Of a DNA stretch of 64,000 nt, positions 49,901 through 57,628 are shown in pieces; position 1 is the stretch's first letter, and the number at the start of each line of letters is the position of its first letter. Origin of the DNA: a virus; the IMG/VR virus record IMGVR_UViG_3300025127_006147, positions 96,001-160,000 of that record; one strand, given 5' to 3'. A program made the translations under genes and the position numbers. Under the pieces are notes generated by a model. The model did not search any database. It saw only the letters and a program-made list of their open reading frames with translations, and was not told where the DNA came from.

Positions 49901-49982
49901 TTTTAACTACAGAATCTTTTTCCTCTATCTTTTCTAAAATTAATCCTTTTTGATTAACACTATTGATTAAACTGATATTCAT
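46938..49982 (-). CDS. Multi-module protein: helical module, HExxH zincin, SH3-like, degenerate WCT and acidic modules
   Basis: Modules are separated by GLILEK, NLNEQ, SLQES and DLYEQ; YIRHEIRHAEQE plus YYTQDHEIDAQ. Confidence 0.6.
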   Translation of the reverse strand: MNISLINSVNQKGLILEKIEEKDSVVKKTLMDLGDVIDGTFTFGTGITAMLPAVKELMSGTMPTLTEQDVILLYITAMWILVGRHKDKVQKLMDIIREKGLTKGLSVVLDFLKSVEDIAIKIGESLGYTANSLADVVAFTFLAFPILDGLLFLINQGLIHPGSPTGYLKSVLVGVGIIGFKNVFNHIIKKLGGKLKSLDRGRDNLNEQTDFYNETLMMVDDVMKVVKDTVTEPETKTYFLPEDLRPDEMLYAIENYSFTLELTLGRDEEIEDEFNIDAYYAGDDTIEIGLIINPLMEPESYTHIEDYLTEYIRHEIRHAEQEVMGTHPGETEEDLKGLPYYTQDHEIDAQTSGLNARRIKQGRSFEEVIRGSVENTKLRHGLSNEEGEQLYDILLKDITERYGKESLQESKDLKKNMTLDVGDEIIIIHKSLGSSKHMELFKPYVVTGWNFGVRYHPKVPKSGLPNYDKRIYNIMPIDGDGPEITMVGGEGSDEWILRPGFRRGEDLYEQTDNKVNIRKKVVLDNEDYRIYVPLDKDGICNIPNTKYCESLNTILQSQASMGTPYIIEFKKDSSPVRIGGPNQLLLIDRGKIPFLREPKSQKYMYNTNGMVENLKELLSQEKELQKFFHVKYSLPERIKYNMEFDEDVLLDGKEHSKLGELIYNIINNNGDPADLEEYYGEFEPYTESYYTRGGEDEIEIVPDGINVYLKKDDWIQNVLVIGDGEYYYNLAHDYGYSDYYEEIDDDELNYMSCWFNDSQLRKVTELMNLIEGTDKPIDRPCHQFEDGEINDFFEKYFPTEWDNAAPDILYEVGKGVGESRVEEMKQFFKNEIFLEYDHIGGDSVRIHIGWEPLLYLVSENLPSEGGTLDTLFSQDKQINYIPTEPQDVYYDTYEWSEGTEENVESEIDSFLEKIDDVDIERRKDFIKKVNDYLTKEKFESHDWGIYNFSKKYGNPNKPDRKVGIRKIDTENETIVFDVEVRENVGNDSRMNQERYVKSFEDFVTYVQSPTMFES

Positions 49983-50022
49983 TTAATTTCTTTTACTAAT
50001 AAATATAATCTTAAAACTATTT

Positions 50023-50370
50023 ATGTATATGGAATTATCAATAAATAGAAAGACTATACCAATAGAAGTAATGGAGACTCCTAGTCAGAAGAGTTTAGGG
50101 ATGATGGGTAGAAAAAAATTGAATGGTGGTATGTTATTTACTTTCCCAGAAATACAGGAACAATCTTTTTGGATGAAGAACTGTCTAATTCCATTGGATA
50201 TACTTATGTTGGTTGATAATAAAGTAACTAAAATTCATTCTAATTGTCCACCTTGTACTAGTAATCCTTGTAAACATTACCAAGGAATTGGTAACAAAGT
50301 TTTAGAATTGAATGGAGGTGAGTGTAAAAAGTTAGGCATTAAAATAGGGGATGAGTTAGAATTTATCTAA
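50023..50370 (+). CDS. DUF192 family protein
   Basis: EVMETPSQKSLGMMGR, GMLFTF, SFWMKNCLIPLDI and VLELNGG. Confidence 0.85.
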   Translation: MYMELSINRKTIPIEVMETPSQKSLGMMGRKKLNGGMLFTFPEIQEQSFWMKNCLIPLDILMLVDNKVTKIHSNCPPCTSNPCKHYQGIGNKVLELNGGECKKLGIKIGDELEFI

Positions 50371-52276
50371 GTTCCTTACCTATTTTATTAAGTAATTCGT
50401 GAGCTAAACCAACATTTTCCATAGCTTTAACTACATCACTTTTCCCAATAACAGGAATCTTATCTAATAAACCTCTTAACTTATCTAAAATTCCAGGTAC
50501 CTCATCTATAGCTAATCTTTCAAGACCTTGTTCACCTACAAAAGCTGCGAAGTCACTAATACCTGTTGGGTCAGGAGCCAGTTGAATTATTCTGGAAGTT
50601 AAATCCAAAAGGTCAGAAGTCACAGTAAACATTTCTTTTTCTATTGTTTTAAGGTCTTTAGCTGTAGGATTATTTTTAAATTTATCTAGAGCTATTTCTA
50701 AATCAGTATTATGTTTTTTAACCTCATAAATATTTTTACCTATTAAGGCGACCATGACTGGCATACCTACCACACCTGTTGCTCCTATAGCTGCAGCACC
50801 CAAATCACCTAACGCGTCTGAAACAAAAGAAGTTTCTAAAAGAGTATTTTTTATATTATGTTTAATTTCATTAATAGAACTCTGTTCTATTTTTTCTTTA
50901 AGTTTTTCTACCATTTGTTTCTGTACCCATTTAACAAACTCTACATAACGAGTTGTTTGACCAGCTTGTTTTCGGTAAGACCCTTGTGGATTTCTGGTAG
51001 CTCTTGAAAAGAAATTAAGTCCACTTACATTAGTTATACATTTATGTCCACCACTATTAGCCTGAATTACGTCCCAAGCAGATACAGTTATATTATCTAA
51101 AATTTGTTTTTGTTCTTCACTTAAATTTTGCCATGGTGTGTCAATAATTTTTACAGCTTCACTGTAGTAAGGTGAGTTCACGGGTGGCATGTTATTAAGT
51201 TTGTCTTTATATAAAGCAAACAAATCAGATGTTTTGAAACCTATACTACTTTCATCAGCTTTAGTCTCACCTATTCTTTTTATTACTGAAACAGGTACTT
51301 GATTTTTCTTAAGTTGAGGTTCGATACCACCTAATACTTCTTGAGCTATATCAGCTAAGTTAATTCCCTTTAAAGCTCTGTCTTTCTTAAACGGGTTACA
51401 TGACGCTTGTACCAATCCCATAGGCCAAGCTATAACTAAAAAGTCAGCATCTGGATATATTTTAAAAGGTGTATAACGGTCATACGACCCTGGTTTAAAA
51501 AGACTACCTCCACCATATTGTACTATAATATTATCCTCTAAAGTTAGATTATCACTTTCTTCTTGTGATTTAATATATTCTTGTTGATTAACCTTCATTT
51601 GTTCTGGACTAGCAAAATTTCTATCTCCAGCTATCGAGTTAATGTTATGAAAAATATTCATTAGTGAAGGTGATGACCTATCAACTAACGCTTCTAAGAA
51701 TCCTGGTTTATTTTTGTAAGCTAATAATAACTTGTTTGTTAAAAGAGCTAACATCCATTTATTACTAGGAACAGTACCATTAGCGTCAAACTTTTTAATG
51801 TAATTCATAACATCGTCTGGAGTTAAACCGTGTTTTGCATAATCAGCACTATCTACAGTAGATATTCTCATCACATCATCACTTGTAAAAATATCTTGGG
51901 GACTCACTATTTGTGAAAGAGTTTCCACGTTGGACCTAGCTCCTCTAAATTGAGTCGAAGTGTCTCCCTCAACACCCGATTGACTATCATGATGGTCAGT
52001 ATGTATAGTGAACATAGGTTTACCATGAGCAAAATCTACCAAAACCTGCATTGTGTCTCCTTCAGCTTTAGGTTTAGCTACAGAAAATTCTTTATCACCG
52101 TATTGAATAACATGAGTATCTACCACATCTATACCATACTTTTCTAAGTATTCTTTCATTGCTATTGCAGATACTACACCATCTAAGTCCTGGTGAAAAT
52201 AAATTTCAGCTTTAGGATATCTTTTAGCTATCTTATTAATATCCTGTATTCCACTTTCTTTAATTATCTTTTTCAT
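50363..52276 (-). CDS. DHH-family phosphoesterase with an LxE leader and an appended C-terminal module
   Basis: YFHQDLDG, VLVDF, TDHHD and DHHA1-like SGGHK; MKKIIKES leader; a second module after SINE...TLLETS. Confidence 0.7.
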   Translation of the reverse strand: MKKIIKESGIQDINKIAKRYPKAEIYFHQDLDGVVSAIAMKEYLEKYGIDVVDTHVIQYGDKEFSVAKPKAEGDTMQVLVDFAHGKPMFTIHTDHHDSQSGVEGDTSTQFRGARSNVETLSQIVSPQDIFTSDDVMRISTVDSADYAKHGLTPDDVMNYIKKFDANGTVPSNKWMLALLTNKLLLAYKNKPGFLEALVDRSSPSLMNIFHNINSIAGDRNFASPEQMKVNQQEYIKSQEESDNLTLEDNIIVQYGGGSLFKPGSYDRYTPFKIYPDADFLVIAWPMGLVQASCNPFKKDRALKGINLADIAQEVLGGIEPQLKKNQVPVSVIKRIGETKADESSIGFKTSDLFALYKDKLNNMPPVNSPYYSEAVKIIDTPWQNLSEEQKQILDNITVSAWDVIQANSGGHKCITNVSGLNFFSRATRNPQGSYRKQAGQTTRYVEFVKWVQKQMVEKLKEKIEQSSINEIKHNIKNTLLETSFVSDALGDLGAAAIGATGVVGMPVMVALIGKNIYEVKKHNTDLEIALDKFKNNPTAKDLKTIEKEMFTVTSDLLDLTSRIIQLAPDPTGISDFAAFVGEQGLERLAIDEVPGILDKLRGLLDKIPVIGKSDVVKAMENVGLAHELLNKIGKELR

Positions 52277-52292
52277 ATAATATAAATATTAA

Positions 52293-52910
52293 TTAGTTAT
52301 CTACACAACCACCATCTCTACAAAATAAATCTGCGGTTTCGTTTTTTCTTTCAGGATGACCCCAATCTAAATCATTTCTAATCCAAGATTGAGCACTTTT
52401 AAATTTACCAGTTTCAATTTTAGATATCCCTTGAGTCCTTATAAATGCAGAACAACCTAAGTTGTATGCAATATCTGACATCGCTATATACATACTAGTA
52501 GTTAATTTTCTTTCATTATGGTCTTTATCAGTCGCACGATTTTGCCATCTTTTAATACAGTTAGCCGCTTCTTGGATATCAGGTTTACTTAATTTTTCTG
52601 CCTCACTAACACTCATCGTTTTGTTCATGTAAGTTTTAATAACAGCAGGGTCAGTGGTTCCCCACCCTATAGTTAAAGTACCATATGTAGTTCCTCCAGT
52701 ATACTTAGGAGGCATTTTCATCTTTTTGTGTTTATTATAAACCCACTTTACTTTATCATCATAAACATAAGGTATGTGGTTACCTTTAACGTCCCCTTCA
52801 TTTCTTCTTAAATAATCAAATATTGGTTGTCCCGCAGACTTTTTATTCCAGTCATAAAAATTAACGGACTCCTGTTCGATTAATAAAGTAAGTTGATTTA
52901 TAAGTTTCAT
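52293..52910 (-). CDS. Lysozyme (GH24/T4L-like) with an LxE leader
   Basis: LRRNEG...YVYDD...TLTIGWGT...DIAYNLG; MKLINQLTLLIEQE; no signal peptide or SAR domain. Confidence 0.75.
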   Translation of the reverse strand: MKLINQLTLLIEQESVNFYDWNKKSAGQPIFDYLRRNEGDVKGNHIPYVYDDKVKWVYNKHKKMKMPPKYTGGTTYGTLTIGWGTTDPAVIKTYMNKTMSVSEAEKLSKPDIQEAANCIKRWQNRATDKDHNERKLTTSMYIAMSDIAYNLGCSAFIRTQGISKIETGKFKSAQSWIRNDLDWGHPERKNETADLFCRDGGCVDN

Positions 52911-52940
52911 ACCTATAAATACTATAATAAGTAATAATGA

Positions 52941-53159
52941 TTATTTTTCTACTTCTCTTTTTAGATACCAAAGAGCTTTCTCTAAATCTTGTTTAATGTC
53001 ATCTTTTTTACCTGCACGTGAAATATATTTAACCACATTCCCCAGATTAAAATTTAAGTCCCATGCTTCAATAACTTTTATAGCTTCATATAGGTTATCT
53101 TCTCCACCATAATGTTTTGGGTGATTTACCCAGTTACTTTGAGGTTTCTTCGTCATCAT
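52941..53159 (-). CDS. DUF3310 (T7 gp1.7/SaV-like) protein
   Basis: VNHPKHYGG, FNLGNVVKYISRAGKK and DLEKALWYL. Confidence 0.85.
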   Translation of the reverse strand: MMTKKPQSNWVNHPKHYGGEDNLYEAIKVIEAWDLNFNLGNVVKYISRAGKKDDIKQDLEKALWYLKREVEK

Positions 53160-53460
53160 TTGATACTGACATTAATACATCTTTATATTCCTTTTCTAAG
53201 TCACCTATTAAATCTAAAACTCTATTAGTTAGGTCCTCTACCTTTTTAACATCTGTTTTAAGTACACTAATTAATTCTACTTTAGTTTCTATATCTCCAG
53301 GTAATACTAATACCTTATAACCAAATTGTTCAGAAAGACCCTTTGCAAAAGCTTGTAGTTCTTCTTGTGGAGGAACTCTTAATAGTTGAACCACCAAAAT
53401 AGGTTCATATTTTTCATTTAATAAATCTTCTAATTTAGACAGTAGTTTTTTCTCTTCCAT
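53134..53460 (-). CDS. Hypothetical protein
   Basis: 108 aa in the minus-strand operon. Confidence 0.5.
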   Translation of the reverse strand: MEEKKLLSKLEDLLNEKYEPILVVQLLRVPPQEELQAFAKGLSEQFGYKVLVLPGDIETKVELISVLKTDVKKVEDLTNRVLDLIGDLEKEYKDVLMSVSNDDEETSK

Positions 53461-53674
53461 TTTTTTCTTTTAATATTAATTCTGCAATTTTATTCCATTT
53501 TTCAGGTAAGTTTAATTTTTCACTCAATAATACATCAACAATTTCAGAAGATAAATCATCTTCGGTTATTAATGCGTCTGCTCCACCTATATACTTTTCT
53601 AAACCTAACAGACCTCGGTCCTCGTAAACTCGTATAATGTTATCTTTATTTAACCACCTTTTATGAAAACTCAT
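53435..53674 (-). CDS. Hypothetical protein
   Basis: Probable start MSFHKRW at ATG 53674. Confidence 0.5.
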   Translation of the reverse strand: MSFHKRWLNKDNIIRVYEDRGLLGLEKYIGGADALITEDDLSSEIVDVLLSEKLNLPEKWNKIAELILKEKNGREKTTV

Positions 53675-53691
53675 ATTTTTTTTAGATTTTA

Positions 53692-53722
53692 TTTGTATTA
53701 CCAAATTAATTTATTATATTTG
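53692..53722 (+). promoter_or_regulatory. Bacteroidetes-type promoter TTTG-N19-TATATTTG
   Basis: Exact consensus upstream of the DUF932 gene. Confidence 0.75.
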
Positions 53723-53762
53723 TACTGTAATCATATTAATAAACACGAATAAATAAATAAAA

Positions 53763-54545
53763 ATGGTAGAAAAAATTATGGAACCTCTAACAAAAACTCA
53801 CATCGAATCAGTAGCACCTTCAGTATACGCTACATCACCCTCAACTAATGTCTCTGACAAATACAGTTTTATCCCAACAACCCAAATAATGAATGATTTG
53901 GGACAAGAAGGTTGGCAAGTTTATGACGCTAGTCAACGTAACTCTAGAACTGGACAAGGAATGTTTACTAAACATATGTTGAGATTTAGAAACAATGATG
54001 TACCTATGGTAGACGGTATTGTTCCAGAAATCGTTCTAACTAATTCACACGATGGTCGAAACGCTTTTAACCTACACGCTGGACTATTTCGTTTAGTTTG
54101 TTCTAACGGACTGGTAATCGCTGACCAAACTTTTGAAAAAGTAAAAATTAAACATCAATGGTATAACCTTAACGATGTTCAAGAAATTACAGATAAAGTA
54201 GTAACTTCAATTCCTAAAATTATGGGTTGTGTAGATAACTTCAAAAAAACTAACCTAACTGAGGCAGCTAAAAAAGATTTCGCTAAAAAAGCTATCCTTA
54301 CTCGTTGGAAAGATGGTCAAGATTATCTACCTCTATCTGAAATCCTTAAACCAACCAGAGGTGCAGACCAAGGAAATAAACTTTGGGAAGTATTCAATAT
54401 CATCCAAGAGAAAATTATTCGTGGGGGAATTACATACTACTTGGCTTCGGGAAGACAACAAACTGTTCGAGAGTTGACCAACATTGACCAACGATTAAAC
54501 GTCAACAAAAAACTTTGGACACTAGCGGAAGAGTATGTGTCGTAA
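53763..54545 (+). CDS. DUF932/DUF945 family protein
   Basis: TKHMLRFR, IVLTNSHDG...AGLFRLVCSNGL, LWEVFNIIQE and LNVNKKLWTLAE. Confidence 0.85.
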   Translation: MVEKIMEPLTKTHIESVAPSVYATSPSTNVSDKYSFIPTTQIMNDLGQEGWQVYDASQRNSRTGQGMFTKHMLRFRNNDVPMVDGIVPEIVLTNSHDGRNAFNLHAGLFRLVCSNGLVIADQTFEKVKIKHQWYNLNDVQEITDKVVTSIPKIMGCVDNFKKTNLTEAAKKDFAKKAILTRWKDGQDYLPLSEILKPTRGADQGNKLWEVFNIIQEKIIRGGITYYLASGRQQTVRELTNIDQRLNVNKKLWTLAEEYVS

Positions 54546-54565
54546 AAAGTTAAAACTTATTTAAT

Positions 54566-54595
54566 AAAAAAAACCCTCCTACTGGAGGGTTTTTT
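54566..54595. terminator. Bidirectional intrinsic terminator
   Basis: A8-CCCTCC-TACT-GGAGGG-T6 between convergent genes. Confidence 0.8.
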
Positions 54596-54613
54596 CGTTT
54601 AGATTGGTACTAC

Positions 54614-55030
54614 TTAAAAGGTATAGGATAAACCAATATTAATTGCTCCATCTCTATCCCCATTTTCGTTTTCTTTTAAACCAACATTATATCTAGGTTC
54701 AAAACACAACCCTTTCCACACATCTAGTGAATAACCAAGACCTAATTCCATATTGTCTATTACTTCTTCGGTTGGAGCTTGTATTGTTACAAATACATTT
54801 TCTTTCCATAAGTAACGACTATACAAATCATAGTCTTCACCATTCTTTACTAGTCCAAAAAAACAGTTATCAGCTACTTTGTAAGCTATACCTATATTTT
54901 CAGTGAAATTGGATGTTCCCCATTCTTCTCCTTCTCCAGGTTCTGTAACAGTAGTTACTGTTAAAAAGTTTTGTGAAAAAGAGAACAATGATAATGAACA
55001 TATAATGAAGGTTAAAAATAATTTTTTCAT
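54614..55030 (-). CDS. Small outer-membrane beta-barrel-like protein
   Basis: Sec signal (MKKLFLTFIICSLSLFSFSQ), amphipathic strands, and a C-terminal INIGLSYTF with the terminal Phe beta-signal. Confidence 0.65.
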   Translation of the reverse strand: MKKLFLTFIICSLSLFSFSQNFLTVTTVTEPGEGEEWGTSNFTENIGIAYKVADNCFFGLVKNGEDYDLYSRYLWKENVFVTIQAPTEEVIDNMELGLGYSLDVWKGLCFEPRYNVGLKENENGDRDGAINIGLSYTF

Positions 55031-55110
55031 AGTTTTAATCTTCTTTAATTTTTTATACTTTATTTTTTATTAAAGAGGAAAATAAAATAAAAAACCTCTT
55101 ATATATCAAG

Positions 55111-55130
55111 CCTCGGAATTAACCGAGGCC
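55111..55130 (-). terminator. Hairpin GCCTCGG-AATTAA-CCGAGGC (terminator-like or RNA processing site)
   Basis: Perfect 7-bp GC stem between 55146..55370 and 54614..55030; only a weak T tract. Confidence 0.45.
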
Positions 55131-55145
55131 TAATATAACATCATC

Positions 55146-55370
55146 TTATTTTCTGTCAATGATTTTTAACAGGAGAATTACAGCGATAAGTCCTACAAAC
55201 CCAGAATTCCCTAAAGAATCGATAAGTCCAGTAACATTACCCACTACATCCATACCAAAAACTGGTCCACCGAATAATACTTGGACTAATACGCCTACTG
55301 ATAAGAAAGTAATCAATAAATCTGATACTCCCGTAAAAAATCCTTTAATCATACCAAAAACATTTTCCAT
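55146..55370 (-). CDS. Small two-TM membrane protein
   Basis: 74 aa, hydrophobic. Confidence 0.55.
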   Translation of the reverse strand: MENVFGMIKGFFTGVSDLLITFLSVGVLVQVLFGGPVFGMDVVGNVTGLIDSLGNSGFVGLIAVILLLKIIDRK

Positions 55371-55627
55371 TTTACATTTTTTTATTTAAAGGTTTAGGTA
55401 CATACACGTGCTCTGTACTAGTGTTAAGAAATACTAGTTTCCTGTTCACTACTCAAATAATTAAGAACTTAATTTAAAAAAATTAAAACTGTAAAGATAT
55501 TTTTTTTATCGTAAATCTTTATAAAAAACCTATATGTTGAGTTTTGATTTAAGTAACCTTTAATTTTTTTATTAATAATGACAGTTGATAGTCTTGTAAA
55601 AACTATTTTTTTACGACAAAAAATAGG

Positions 55628-55659
55628 TTTGTTTCTATAAAATTTTTTACCTATATTTG
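55628..55659 (+). promoter_or_regulatory. Bacteroidetes-type promoter TTTG-N20-TATATTTG
   Basis: Exact consensus, only 4 nt before the ATG at 55664. Confidence 0.7.
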
Positions 55660-55663
55660 TTTT

Positions 55664-57580
55664 ATGAGTAAAAAAACCACAAAATGGGAAACAATTTTTA
55701 AAGATGTAGACGAAAAATTTGAACTATTATCTTATGAAGACAGTAATTTAATTCCCACAGACAATAATCAAAACGAAGAAGAAGAAGTGTTTGCCTTGAA
55801 TGGTAATAGAGTAATCACTCGACCACTTAGTGACCAGTGGGCAAAAAAAACTAGTGTACCTTACGTGCAAAAAAAAGATGTTAAGGGTATAAAACATGTG
55901 GAGGTGGGGTTCTTTACACCTAAAAGTGATATCCAATTTATAGGGGAGAAAGAGTGGTTAGAAAAATCTGTGGACATACTCAATAGTGCTTTGGTTAGGA
56001 GAACAACACTAGTCTTAGAAAAAAATGAAGATAAGATTAAATTATCTCTATTTAATTTTTGTAAAAGTAGAAGTGTCGGTCATAGGTATTTTGCTAAACA
56101 AAGTAATGACATTCACATTACCTTTAATTTAAAAACTAAAAACTTTTATATAACTACTTCTACTTTTGTTAATAGACGTAAAAGAACTAGTACAACCAAG
56201 AACGATTTTTCAAAAATTATAAACATAATTAACCCTTTAAAGTTCATTAATACATTTGGTGGGTTAGTACACCCCACCCAAACTACAGCAAGTAACTCAT
56301 TTTATCCGCTACATCGACCAACACCCAAAGTAGAACCCATAAAAGCGTTGATAGAATTAGTAGAAGAATTAGATGTGGATATTAGTGTGGTTCCACATGA
56401 TATCAATTCCCCCTCTGAACTATTAAGTCAAATTATTGTAAAATGGTTTGTTAAAGTATGGGGAATTAAAACTTCCAACGATTACACTTATTATTTACTC
56501 AAACATTATCCTGGGATTAAAAAGTTAAGAAAATATGATATGAACTTAATTCATACTATATTAGGTGAAAGAGAACTTAAAGGTAAGTTTTACAATAAAT
56601 TACTTAATCTAGAACCAGAGATTAATATAACAGACCTACACTTCCTCCAAAAAACTTTAGGTGATGATGGGGTAAAAAGAATATCGACCCATCTACTAGC
56701 TTATAGTAAAAATTTTGAGGATAGTAAGTTTACTCAACCAGAACATTTAATTACTAATATTGGTTATTGTGATGAACTATCCAAGTATGAGAAAAATAAT
56801 ATAATCAATATATACAATACCTGTAAAGACCCTACACGTATTGGAGGTTTTATAGATTTACTGTTAGACCATTTTAAAATTAAAAATAAACTACAAGGAT
56901 ACGGTATTCTTAAAAAGATAAAAGCTAAAACCTTGGATAAATTTAATGAGGAACATAGTGAATGGTCTAATTTACTTCATGAATGTGAAAGAACCACACA
57001 AGTCAATTATATCTACCCTAATGATTTTATTACTCACATAGAAAAACCTATACAATTAGATGGTGATATATATTTTGTAAAAGTATTAAAGGACGATAAT
57101 GATTATTTTAAAGAAGGGCAAATACAAAATCACTGTGTACGAACTTATTTGGATAAATACAAAAGTATTATAATTTCAGTAAGAAAAAATCACGAAAGTG
57201 GGATGGAAAGAATGACCTGTGAATTTGTTAGTAATTCTGAAATTACCAACATTAGACATATTAAAGATTATTCCAACACACCAACCCTGGTTCAAGCTAG
57301 AATGAAATATAATAATAATCCAGTAGGTAATTGGGAAGTCGCTATGAAAGTTTTACGAAAAGAGTTTTTAGATTATACTTGCAAACCTAGAAATAATACA
57401 AGACCTATTATTAAAATAAGTAATAAAATGACAAACCACATTGAGACTTTAAAATATGATGTGAAGGTTAATAGGTATATAAGTGATGATGAGGTAATCC
57501 GCCAAGACCCAAATGTTACTTTACCTACAATACCTAGAGTTAGACATGAAAATTATATGAGAGATGATTTACCTTTTTAA
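55664..57580 (+). CDS. PcfJ-domain protein
   Basis: C-terminal VLKDDNDYFKEGQIQNHCVRTY...ISVR...R.T.E...LVQARMKYN. Confidence 0.75.
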   Translation: MSKKTTKWETIFKDVDEKFELLSYEDSNLIPTDNNQNEEEEVFALNGNRVITRPLSDQWAKKTSVPYVQKKDVKGIKHVEVGFFTPKSDIQFIGEKEWLEKSVDILNSALVRRTTLVLEKNEDKIKLSLFNFCKSRSVGHRYFAKQSNDIHITFNLKTKNFYITTSTFVNRRKRTSTTKNDFSKIINIINPLKFINTFGGLVHPTQTTASNSFYPLHRPTPKVEPIKALIELVEELDVDISVVPHDINSPSELLSQIIVKWFVKVWGIKTSNDYTYYLLKHYPGIKKLRKYDMNLIHTILGERELKGKFYNKLLNLEPEINITDLHFLQKTLGDDGVKRISTHLLAYSKNFEDSKFTQPEHLITNIGYCDELSKYEKNNIINIYNTCKDPTRIGGFIDLLLDHFKIKNKLQGYGILKKIKAKTLDKFNEEHSEWSNLLHECERTTQVNYIYPNDFITHIEKPIQLDGDIYFVKVLKDDNDYFKEGQIQNHCVRTYLDKYKSIIISVRKNHESGMERMTCEFVSNSEITNIRHIKDYSNTPTLVQARMKYNNNPVGNWEVAMKVLRKEFLDYTCKPRNNTRPIIKISNKMTNHIETLKYDVKVNRYISDDEVIRQDPNVTLPTIPRVRHENYMRDDLPF

Positions 57581-57628
57581 TCATAATTTGTATATTTTCT
57601 TAAAATAAATTTTTTTATAACAAATAAG

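Noticed and set aside
55371-55627. Non-coding gap as a tRNA or ncRNA locus
   Set aside because: No cloverleaf or T-loop GTTCRA is visible; it is mostly AT-rich divergent promoter space with only weak inverted repeats.
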